Positions 9,793 to 16,813 of a stretch of DNA of 64,000 nt are shown here, piece after piece. The stretch is from Candidatus Aminicenantes bacterium (GTDB taxonomy: Bacteria > Acidobacteriota > Aminicenantia > S016-38), in the NCBI GenBank assembly GCA_027068075.1, contig JAMOUJ010000006.1, positions 218,706 through 282,705 of the forward strand. Direction: 5' to 3'. Positions within the stretch are counted from its first letter, which is position 1. The number at the start of each line of letters is the position of its first letter. A model generated the notes under the pieces. It was not told where the DNA came from, searched no databases, and saw only the letters and a program-made list of their open reading frames with translations. Made by a program: the position numbers and the translations under genes.

Positions 9793-11115
9793 CTATCCAA
9801 TCATAACATTTTCGTAGGGAAGGGTGAACCTTCCCCGGGACCTTCTCACCAGGGAGGAGAGAATGGTGAGGGGACCCACCCTCCCCACATACATGGACAC
9901 GATTATGATGATCTTTCCCAGGGGAGAGAGTTTGGGGGTTATTCCTGTGGAAAGCCCCACGGTTCCCATGGCGGACATCTCCTCAAAGGCCAGTTGGAGG
10001 AAGGAGAAGTTTTCCGTGAGGGAGAGCAGGAAGGTGGAGAAAAAGTGGAAGGAGATGAAAAAGACCATGAGGACCAGGGCCCTCTCTATGGCCTCCTCCT
10101 TTATGCCCCTTCCAAAGACCTGAACCTGGTCCTTCTTGGTGAGGATCTTCCTCATGGCCAGAAATCCCAAGAAACCGGTGGTGGTTTTTACACCGCCTCC
10201 GGTGGAGCCCGGTGATGCCCCTATGAACATGAGCCATATTAAAAGAAGCAAACTCGGCAGGGAGAGGGAGGCGATGTCCACGGTGTTGAAACCGGCGGTC
10301 CTGGGGGTTATGGCCTGAAACAAGGAGGCCAGGATTTTCCCCTTGAGGGAGAAACCGCTGAAGGCCCGGTTGAATTCTATGGCAAAGAGGAGAACGGTTC
10401 CCCACAGGATCAAAAAGGCGCTGCTGGCCAGGACCATTTTTGTGTGGAGGGATAGATGCTCCCTTTTCCTCAAGAATTTCTCTTTGAGGTCCCAGAAGAC
10501 GAAGAATCCCACCCCTCCCACCACGATGAGGGTCAATATGACGGCGTTTACCCAAACATCCTCCCGCCACGCCATCAAACTGTCGGAAAAGATGGAAAAG
10601 CCGGCGTTGCAGAAGGCGGATATGGAGTGAAAAACCGAGGCGAAAAGGGAGTAGGCCGCCGGAAATCGGGTGGAAAAGCGGGGATATAGGAGCACTGCTC
10701 CCAGGGCCTCCACCGAGAAGGTATATAAGAGGATGTTTTTCAGAAAAAGGCTGAAGTTTCCCAATCCCGTGGGGGTGAAACTCTGCTGGAGGGCCGAGCG
10801 GCTCAGGATGCTCACCCCCCTTCCCATGAACAAGAATATTATGGAGGAAAAGGTCATAAGCCCCAGGCCCCCTAATTGAAGGAGGGCTAATATTACCATT
10901 TGACCGAAGAGGGTAAAATCCTTTCCCGTGTCCTTGACTATGAGTCCGGTGACGCATACGGCGGAGGTGGAGGTAAAGAGGGCGTCAATGTAGGACAATC
11001 TTTCCCCCCTGGAGGCGGCCGGAAGGGAAAGGAGAATGGACCCTATCAGAATGGCCACGGCGAAACTTATAAGGAGAAGTCTTTCCGGGGTTATTTTTTT
11101 CTTCATTTCAACCAC
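9793..11115 (-). CDS. trkH: Trk/Ktr-type K+ transporter membrane subunit
   Basis: 440 aa polytopic protein with repeated selectivity-filter-like 'VTGL/GFNT/GLSTG' segments typical of TrkH/KtrB. Confidence 0.8.
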   Translation of the reverse strand: MVEMKKKITPERLLLISFAVAILIGSILLSLPAASRGERLSYIDALFTSTSAVCVTGLIVKDTGKDFTLFGQMVILALLQLGGLGLMTFSSIIFLFMGRGVSILSRSALQQSFTPTGLGNFSLFLKNILLYTFSVEALGAVLLYPRFSTRFPAAYSLFASVFHSISAFCNAGFSIFSDSLMAWREDVWVNAVILTLIVVGGVGFFVFWDLKEKFLRKREHLSLHTKMVLASSAFLILWGTVLLFAIEFNRAFSGFSLKGKILASLFQAITPRTAGFNTVDIASLSLPSLLLLIWLMFIGASPGSTGGGVKTTTGFLGFLAMRKILTKKDQVQVFGRGIKEEAIERALVLMVFFISFHFFSTFLLSLTENFSFLQLAFEEMSAMGTVGLSTGITPKLSPLGKIIIIVSMYVGRVGPLTILSSLVRRSRGRFTLPYENVMIG

Positions 11116-11597
11116 CTCATCCTTGAAGGGGGCCAGAATACCGCCAGGGCCTTCCCTTCAATGTAATCGGCGGGGACCAGCCATCCGTTCCTGCTGTCGT
11201 TGCTCACCTCAGAATTGTCTCCCAAAACGAAGAAAAATCCAAGAGGAATTTTCACCTTCAGTCTCAGTTGTTTCTGGATGCTTAGGCAGTGTCGTTTTAC
11301 CGGGGAATTGTTGACTATCAACCTCCCCCGGGAAATTTCTATGGTTTCCCCCGGGAGTCCCACCACCCTTTTTATGAAACTCTTCTGAGGGTTCACGGGG
11401 TAAAGAAATACCACTATGTCGCACCTCTTGATGGCGGGCGGGGGAAATTTTATCACCAGGATTCTTTCCCCGGGGAGGATGGTGGGGGCCATGCTAAGGC
11501 CCTGTACGGTAAATTCTCCGAAAAACAACTGATTTATCAATAGGAAAAGGATGGAGGCTAACAGGAGGTCTATGGCGAGTTTCTTTAAAAACCTCAA
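11103..11597 (-). CDS. lepB: Signal peptidase I
   Basis: 'VVGLPGETIEI', 'GDNSEVSNDSR' and an N-terminal TM anchor, typical of the S26 family. Confidence 0.8.
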   Translation of the reverse strand: MRFLKKLAIDLLLASILFLLINQLFFGEFTVQGLSMAPTILPGERILVIKFPPPAIKRCDIVVFLYPVNPQKSFIKRVVGLPGETIEISRGRLIVNNSPVKRHCLSIQKQLRLKVKIPLGFFFVLGDNSEVSNDSRNGWLVPADYIEGKALAVFWPPSRMRWLK

Positions 11598-11607
11598 AAA
11601 AAAGAAA

Positions 11608-11685
11608 TGGCGGGGCCGACGGGATTTGAACCCGCGACCTCTGGCGTGACAGGCCAGCGCTCTAACCGGGTTGAGCTACGACCCC
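11608..11685 (-). tRNA. tRNA-Asp (anticodon GTC)
   Basis: Reverse complement folds as a cloverleaf: acceptor GGGGTCG/CGGCCCC, anticodon loop CTGTCAC, T-loop TTCAAAT, 3' CCA encoded. Confidence 0.85.
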
Positions 11686-11692
11686 GCTACAC

Positions 11693-11764
11693 TGGGCGGT
11701 AGAGGACTTGAACCTCTGGCCCCCGGCTTGTAAGGCCAGTGCTCTACCACTGAGCTAACCGCCC
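11693..11764 (-). tRNA. tRNA-Val (anticodon TAC)
   Basis: Reverse complement GGGCGGTTAGCTCAGTGGTAGAGCACTGGCCTTACAAGCCGG...ACCGCCCA. Anticodon loop CTTACAA, T-loop TTCAAGT, no encoded CCA. Confidence 0.85.
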
Positions 11765-11775
11765 AATGGCCTATT

Positions 11776-12336
11776 TTATAAGAAGCCACCGGGTTTGTCA
11801 ACTTCTCCAGAAAAATTAGGGAAGGTTATCCTCACCCTGTTGCCGTCCAGGACTTCTATTTCCAGGGGAGTGTTGAAGAGTTTTCCCACCCCCTTCAGGG
11901 CTCCCAGGAAAATTCCCATAAGGCCCCGATGGGATTTGTAGGTCATGATAAGGGTGTTGGGGCCTTCCCATTGATAGGAGAACCGGGGAGGCCGGGCCTC
12001 TGGAATGTTGGTGGTTACCCTGCGGTGGATTTCGTCCATTTTCAGCAGGAATTCTCTGGCGTTGGTAATTCCCCGGTAATAGGGCTTGTAGACCTTTCTG
12101 GTGTAAACCGTCACCCAGTATTCCCCGAAGGCATCTGCCAATTCCTCCGGGGTCATGTTCAGGTGTCTGGACATGGAGTTCAGGATGGCCAGGACGGTTT
12201 CGTCGGGGATGTTTTCCCCCACGGAGAAGGTTTTTCCCACGGGAAGCCCTGCTCCGTCAAGTATGTCATACCATTTCTCCTGGCCGAAGTGTTCCACCAC
12301 CAGATCCCTTATGGCGTCAACTATGCAACCCTTCAT
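11776..12336 (-). CDS. Stand-alone H-NOX (heme NO/O2-binding, HNOB) domain protein, copy 1
   Basis: 186 aa. Aligns along its length with Tt H-NOX: 'MKGCIV..', proximal His in 'FLLKMDEIHRRV', 'PPRF', and heme-propionate motif Y-x-S-x-R ('YKSHRGL'). Confidence 0.85.
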   Translation of the reverse strand: MKGCIVDAIRDLVVEHFGQEKWYDILDGAGLPVGKTFSVGENIPDETVLAILNSMSRHLNMTPEELADAFGEYWVTVYTRKVYKPYYRGITNAREFLLKMDEIHRRVTTNIPEARPPRFSYQWEGPNTLIMTYKSHRGLMGIFLGALKGVGKLFNTPLEIEVLDGNRVRITFPNFSGEVDKPGGFL

Positions 12337-12346
12337 GGCGAGTTTC

Positions 12347-12739
12347 TTAAATTTCCCCCAGGTCCTTCAGGGCCTCCAGGAAGGAGACCTCGTATTTCTT
12401 CATGATGACTCTGGCCAGGCCCAGGTTTCCCTGCCTGCTTATGGCCACTCCGTGATAATGTCTGCTCCCGAGGTGGCGGAGAAGAAGGTAGATTTTATCG
12501 GTGGTTATTAGAATGTCCTCGGTTTCTCCCACCACCTCCGGTCCTCCCAGAAGTTCCAGGGCCTTGTTGTTTTCCTTCAGAACCTCGGCGTATGTGGCGG
12601 AGCCCACGGTCACATCAAACTGGGGGTTGGTGGAAAAGGAGGCCAGGGCCAGTCCGGAATCAATGCTGGCTATGGCGGTCCCCACCAGTTCAGGTATTTC
12701 CTCAGCGCATTTTTTCAATATCTCCTGAAGATTTGGCAT
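12347..12739 (-). CDS. Roadblock/LC7 (MglB-like) domain protein
   Basis: 130 aa. Near-identical to the C-terminal domain of the response regulator at 13397..14524 ('VGETEDILITTDK.Y.L.R.LG..HY.GVA..R.GNLGLARVIMKKYE..FLEALK.LGEI'). RBS GGAGGT lies 8 nt upstream. Confidence 0.75.
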   Translation of the reverse strand: MPNLQEILKKCAEEIPELVGTAIASIDSGLALASFSTNPQFDVTVGSATYAEVLKENNKALELLGGPEVVGETEDILITTDKIYLLLRHLGSRHYHGVAISRQGNLGLARVIMKKYEVSFLEALKDLGEI

Positions 12740-12771
12740 CTTAACTTACCTCCACTTAAAGAATCATATTT

Positions 12772-12799
12772 ATTGTAACACCTTTTTTGATTTTGTAAA
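12772..12799 (-). promoter_or_regulatory. Putative sigma-70 promoter (TTTACA-16-TGtTACAAT) for the roadblock/H-NOX-1 operon
   Basis: Minus-strand sequence TTTACAAAATCAAAAAAGGTGTTACAAT sits about 30 nt upstream of the ATG at 12739, in an AT-rich 120-bp intergenic region. Confidence 0.4.
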
Positions 12800-12859
12800 A
12801 ATTTTAAAAACTTACTTAAAATTCTGGCCTCACCTCCGCCGTGGTTTTTCCGGGTTTAA

Positions 12860-13384
12860 CTATTCGGGAAACACTATCCTGACTTCGTTTTCAGATATCT
12901 GCTCCACCTTGAGTGGGGTGCGGAAGAACTTTCCCACCCCTTTCACCAGGCCCGTGAAGATGCCCACAAGCCCCCGGGGGGATTTGTATTTCATTATGAG
13001 GGTGTTGGGGCCTTCCCATCGGTATTCAAACCTGGGGGGATGGGCGTTGGGGATGTTCTGGGTTGCCTTGCGGTGAATTTCGTCCATCTTGGACAGGAGT
13101 TCCTTGGCGCTGGTTATGCCCCGGTAATAGGGCTTGTAAACCTTGGGCATGTAAACCGTCACCCAGTATTCCCCGAAGGCATCAGCCACCTCTTCCGGGG
13201 AAAGGTTCAGGGTCTTTGATATGGATTCCACCACCGCCAGGATGGTTTCGTCCGGAACATCCTCCCTCAGGGAGAAGGTGGTAGTCCGATCAAGGCCTGC
13301 GTTTTCCAGGATGTCCTTCCACTTGTCCATCCCGAAGTTTTCAATGACCAGGTCCTTGATGGCGTCTATGATAACGCCCTTCAT
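12860..13384 (-). CDS. Stand-alone H-NOX domain protein, copy 2 (paralog of 11776..12336)
   Basis: 174 aa. Same motifs as copy 1: 'MKGVIIDAIKDL', 'MDEIHRKAT', 'PPRF', 'YKSPRGL'. Starts 12 nt downstream of the response-regulator gene stop. Confidence 0.85.
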   Translation of the reverse strand: MKGVIIDAIKDLVIENFGMDKWKDILENAGLDRTTTFSLREDVPDETILAVVESISKTLNLSPEEVADAFGEYWVTVYMPKVYKPYYRGITSAKELLSKMDEIHRKATQNIPNAHPPRFEYRWEGPNTLIMKYKSPRGLVGIFTGLVKGVGKFFRTPLKVEQISENEVRIVFPE

Positions 13385-13396
13385 ATCATGCCTCCA

Positions 13397-14524
13397 TTAG
13401 ATTTCGCCCAGTTCTTTCAGGGCTTCCAGGAAGGCTATCTCGTATTTTTTCATTATCACCCTGGCCAACCCCAGATTACCCTTTCTGGTCATGGCCACTC
13501 CCTGGTAATGTTTCTCACCCAACTGTCTCACCAGGATGTAGACCTTGTCGGTGGTTATGAGGATGTCTTCGGTTTCTCCCACCACCTCCGCTCCTCCCAG
13601 GAGTTCCAGGGCCCTGTTGTTCTGTTTTAGCACCTCCGCGTAAACAGCGGAAGCCACGGTGTCGTCAAAACTGGGATCCGAGGAATATGTGGCTATGGGC
13701 ATGCCGGATTCAATGTTCACTATGGAAGTTGCCAGAATTTCTGGAATTTCTCCCGCCGACTTTTCCAGGATTTTTTGGATTTCAGACATTTTATCACCTC
13801 CTTTGATAATCACCTCAAATTCTTCCTTCTCCCTGGTCCTCTCCTCGTCCTTGTACCTGGCGGCCTCCAGGACCAGGTGCATGATGTTCTCCCCTATCAA
13901 GCCATCCCTTTCTTCCCTGTAGGGTTCCGATGAGAAGGTTCCCCCCTCCCACTTCATCATCTCCATGAAGGCATCCATTCCCAGGAGGCCTCCTTCGGTT
14001 TTTGCCCAGACCACCTTTCCGTTCTTTATGCCCATTTCACCCTTGAATCCGATGGAATTTTCCACATTGAGCACCACATCCTTGTTGTAGAAGGACAGGA
14101 ACTGAAGGATGTCCACCAGTTCAAGGTCGCTCAGGGAGACCTCAAAGCCCTTGGTCTGGAAAATTTTTCCGATAATCCTCAGCAGTTGGTTCAGGTCCAC
14201 GGGCTTTTCAATGTAGAGGAGGGCTCCGGATTTCTTGGCCTTTTCCTTGAAGGCCGGGGATCCGTAGGCGGTAATGAGGATGACCCTGGTCTGGGGCATG
14301 TTTTCCCTCACCCAGAGGAGAAGTTCAAACCCGTCCTTGCCTGGCAGTTTTATGTCGGAGATAACCAGGTCCACGGGATGTTTTTTCAAAAACTCCACCG
14401 CCTCCTCGTAACTGTAGGCCCCGTAGCATTCCAGTTTTTTGCTCAAAAATTCCATCATGGAAAGGGTTATGTTGACTTCGTCGTCCACGATGAGAACTTT
14501 GGGTTTCTTCTTACGCTTAGCCAT
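13397..14524 (-). CDS. Response regulator: receiver domain + DUF4388-like domain + C-terminal Roadblock/LC7 domain
   Basis: Receiver 'KVLIVDDEVN...DLVISDIKLPGKDGFELL...ILITAYG'. Middle 'LSDLELVDILQFL...GKVVWA' resembles DUF4388. The last ~125 aa are paralogous to the 130-aa Roadblock protein. Start placed at 'MAKRKKKPKVLIVDDE' (14524); the longer ORF to 14680 is not receiver-like. Confidence 0.75.
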   Translation of the reverse strand: MAKRKKKPKVLIVDDEVNITLSMMEFLSKKLECYGAYSYEEAVEFLKKHPVDLVISDIKLPGKDGFELLLWVRENMPQTRVILITAYGSPAFKEKAKKSGALLYIEKPVDLNQLLRIIGKIFQTKGFEVSLSDLELVDILQFLSFYNKDVVLNVENSIGFKGEMGIKNGKVVWAKTEGGLLGMDAFMEMMKWEGGTFSSEPYREERDGLIGENIMHLVLEAARYKDEERTREKEEFEVIIKGGDKMSEIQKILEKSAGEIPEILATSIVNIESGMPIATYSSDPSFDDTVASAVYAEVLKQNNRALELLGGAEVVGETEDILITTDKVYILVRQLGEKHYQGVAMTRKGNLGLARVIMKKYEIAFLEALKELGEI

Positions 14525-14536
14525 CGCCCTTAAACA

Positions 14537-14552
14537 AGCAAAAAACTTGCCA
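14537..14552 (-). promoter_or_regulatory. Candidate sigma-54 (-24/-12) promoter TGGCAA-N5-TTGCT upstream of the RR/H-NOX operon
   Basis: The minus strand reads TGGCAAGTTTTTTGCTT. It matches the TGGCAC-N5-TTGCW consensus with one mismatch and correct GG-N10-GC spacing. A divergent NtrC-type activator is encoded 1 kb away. The predicted TSS is only about 2 nt before the ATG (leaderless-like), which is the main caveat. Confidence 0.35.
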
Positions 14553-14607
14553 GAATTCCTCCGCTCCAGTCCTTGCCTTTTCGTCGCCGTGTGGTAAAAT
14601 TTTTTCC

Positions 14608-15513
14608 ATGGAAGATTTGCTACCCACAAACTTGGTGGGGGTTTTTTGTCAGAGGGAGGATGGGATAACCCTTTATCCAAAGGACTTTGAAAGGCTTTTT
14701 TCTCCAGAGAAGGAGAGGATCCTTCAGGAAATAGAAACTGGAAAGAAAAGTGTCACCTTCGGAAGTTGGGACTGGGAAGTCTTTGATGTTACCGAAGGGG
14801 TGGGCGACGGAGAGATTTACAAACTGCTCATCTTCGTTCCCCTCAACAGGGAAATGACCCACATATATTCCATGATAATCCACGAACTGAAAAACCCCAT
14901 AGCGGCCATAAGAGCCATGGTCCAGGTGATGGAAACCAGCATTCTGGAAGGCACCCTGGCCAGGGACAAATTGCTCCAGTATTCCTCGCTGATCCTGGAG
15001 GAGATAGACCGAATGAACCGGTTGCTTTCCTCCATAATAAAACTGGCGAAGCCCCGCACCAAGTTCCAATATCGTTTTGACCTGGTGGAGGAAGTTAAAA
15101 AGGCCATGGGAACCTGGAGCGAGGAGTTTCGGGCTCGGGGGATAAAAATGGTTCTGGTTTCCAATGTGGAGAAGGTGTTTTTCCTGGGCAATCCCGACGA
15201 AATACACCAGATAATCAACAACCTATTGAGGAATTCCAGGGAAGCCTTAGAAGGGGTAAAGAAGCCCAGGGTGGAGGTGAATTTGTGGGATAAGGGGAGC
15301 GAAATCCTCCTCACCGTGAAAGACAACGGCCGTGGAATTCCTCCGGATGTTCTTCAGAAAATAAAAACTTCCTTCTACTCCTCCAAGCCCCACGGACTGG
15401 GGTTGGGTCTCTTCGTGGTGAAGAGCATCGTGAGAAGGTATCGGGGAACCATAAGCATCAATTCGGAGCCCGGAAAGGGCTGCGAGGTGGTGGTTCGTTT
15501 TCCCAAGCGATGA
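14608..15513 (+). CDS. Soluble sensor histidine kinase (short N-terminal input region, HisKA, HATPase_c)
   Basis: H-box 'IHELKNPIAAIRAMV' and G-boxes 'DNGRGIP...GLGLGL'. No TM segments. Its stop overlaps the downstream RR start (ATGA). Confidence 0.8.
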   Translation: MEDLLPTNLVGVFCQREDGITLYPKDFERLFSPEKERILQEIETGKKSVTFGSWDWEVFDVTEGVGDGEIYKLLIFVPLNREMTHIYSMIIHELKNPIAAIRAMVQVMETSILEGTLARDKLLQYSSLILEEIDRMNRLLSSIIKLAKPRTKFQYRFDLVEEVKKAMGTWSEEFRARGIKMVLVSNVEKVFFLGNPDEIHQIINNLLRNSREALEGVKKPRVEVNLWDKGSEILLTVKDNGRGIPPDVLQKIKTSFYSSKPHGLGLGLFVVKSIVRRYRGTISINSEPGKGCEVVVRFPKR

Positions 15514-16751
15514 GCGACATTCTGATAATAGAAGACGATGGGGCCTTTGCCCTGGCCCTTCAGGATTATTTATCCTCCCGGGGATTTACGGTGGATGTGG
15601 TTTTTTCAGCCCGCAGGGCCCTGGATGTGGTCAGGTGGAATCCCCCCAGGGTGGTAATTCTTGACCTCTTCCTTCCCGACGCCAACGGCCTGGACCTCAT
15701 TCCTGAACTTTCCACGGCAGGGGTTTTCATCGTGGTGATCACCGGTTCAGAGGAGGTAAGGCTGGCGGTGGAGGCCATGAGGAGGGGGGCCCACGATTTT
15801 TTGGTCAAGCCCGTGGACCTGGAGGCCCTGGCCCTGAAACTGGAAAGAAATTTTCCAGCGGAATCGGAGCACGGCCTCGTGGGGAATTCCCCGGCCATGA
15901 GGAGGGTGGTGGAGGAAGCGAAACTGGCTTCACGCGGCAGGGCCAGCGTCCTCATCCTGGGGGAGACCGGGGTGGGCAAGGAGGAGGTGGCCCGGGCCAT
16001 TTACAGGTTGTCGGGTAGAAGGGGTAAGTTCGTGGCAGTGAACGCTTCGGCGGTTCCCGAGGCCCTCTTTGAATCCGAACTCTTCGGTCATAAGAGAGGG
16101 GCCTTCACCGGGGCCTCCTATTCCAAGAAGGGCCTTCTGGAGGAAGCCCACGGCGGGGTTTTCTTTCTGGACGAAATCTCCGAAATGCCACCTCACCTTC
16201 AGGCGAAACTCCTGAGGGTTCTGGAGACCAGGAGGCTCCGCAGGCTGGGTGAGACCCGGGATGTAGAGGTGGACTTTAAGTTTATAGCGTCTTCCAACCT
16301 GAGCCTGGACGGGGTCCGTCAGCGGTTGAGGGAGGATTTATTCTACAGGATATCCACCTTCATCATAGAAATACCTCCCCTGAGGGAAAGGAAAGAAGAC
16401 ATACTTCCCCTGGCCAAGCATTTTCTGAGGGAGTTCGGAAGGGACAAGGGGATATTCGGGTTGAGCCCCGCCGCCGAGGAACTTCTACAAAACTATCCGT
16501 GGCCCGGAAATGTTCGGGAACTGAGAAACGAAATAGAAAGGGCATGTATAGTTTGTGGCGGCAAACAGTTGGAGCCATCGCATTTCAGTCCCAACATAAG
16601 GTCCCGGACCAGAATTTTGACCCTGGAGGAGATGGAGAGGGAATACATAAAAAAGGTGGTTCAACTCTGCGGTGGGAACAAGAGCAAGGCCGCCAGGCTC
16701 CTGGGAATTTCCCGGCCCACCCTCCGCAGGAAACTTTCCGGCAAGCCTTGA
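15510..16751 (+). CDS. Sigma-54-dependent transcriptional activator, NtrC family (REC-AAA+-HTH)
   Basis: Receiver 'ILIIEDDG...VVILDLFLPD'. AAA+ 'VLILGETGVGKEEVARAIY', GAFTGA motif 'GAFTGA', 'ESELFGH'. C-terminal Fis-type HTH 'AARLLGISRPTLRRKL'. Confidence 0.9.
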   Translation: MSDILIIEDDGAFALALQDYLSSRGFTVDVVFSARRALDVVRWNPPRVVILDLFLPDANGLDLIPELSTAGVFIVVITGSEEVRLAVEAMRRGAHDFLVKPVDLEALALKLERNFPAESEHGLVGNSPAMRRVVEEAKLASRGRASVLILGETGVGKEEVARAIYRLSGRRGKFVAVNASAVPEALFESELFGHKRGAFTGASYSKKGLLEEAHGGVFFLDEISEMPPHLQAKLLRVLETRRLRRLGETRDVEVDFKFIASSNLSLDGVRQRLREDLFYRISTFIIEIPPLRERKEDILPLAKHFLREFGRDKGIFGLSPAAEELLQNYPWPGNVRELRNEIERACIVCGGKQLEPSHFSPNIRSRTRILTLEEMEREYIKKVVQLCGGNKSKAARLLGISRPTLRRKLSGKP

Positions 16752-16813
16752 AAACCCCGGAAAAATTTAGTATACAATAAGTTCACTTTTTATAACGATG
16801 CCAGGAGGAATTA

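Noticed and set aside
13397-14680. Longer 427-aa start for the response regulator
   Set aside because: The first 52 residues ('MDKGLSHPPSDKKPPP...') are not receiver-like and would run through the divergent promoter region. The receiver fold begins right after Met-53.
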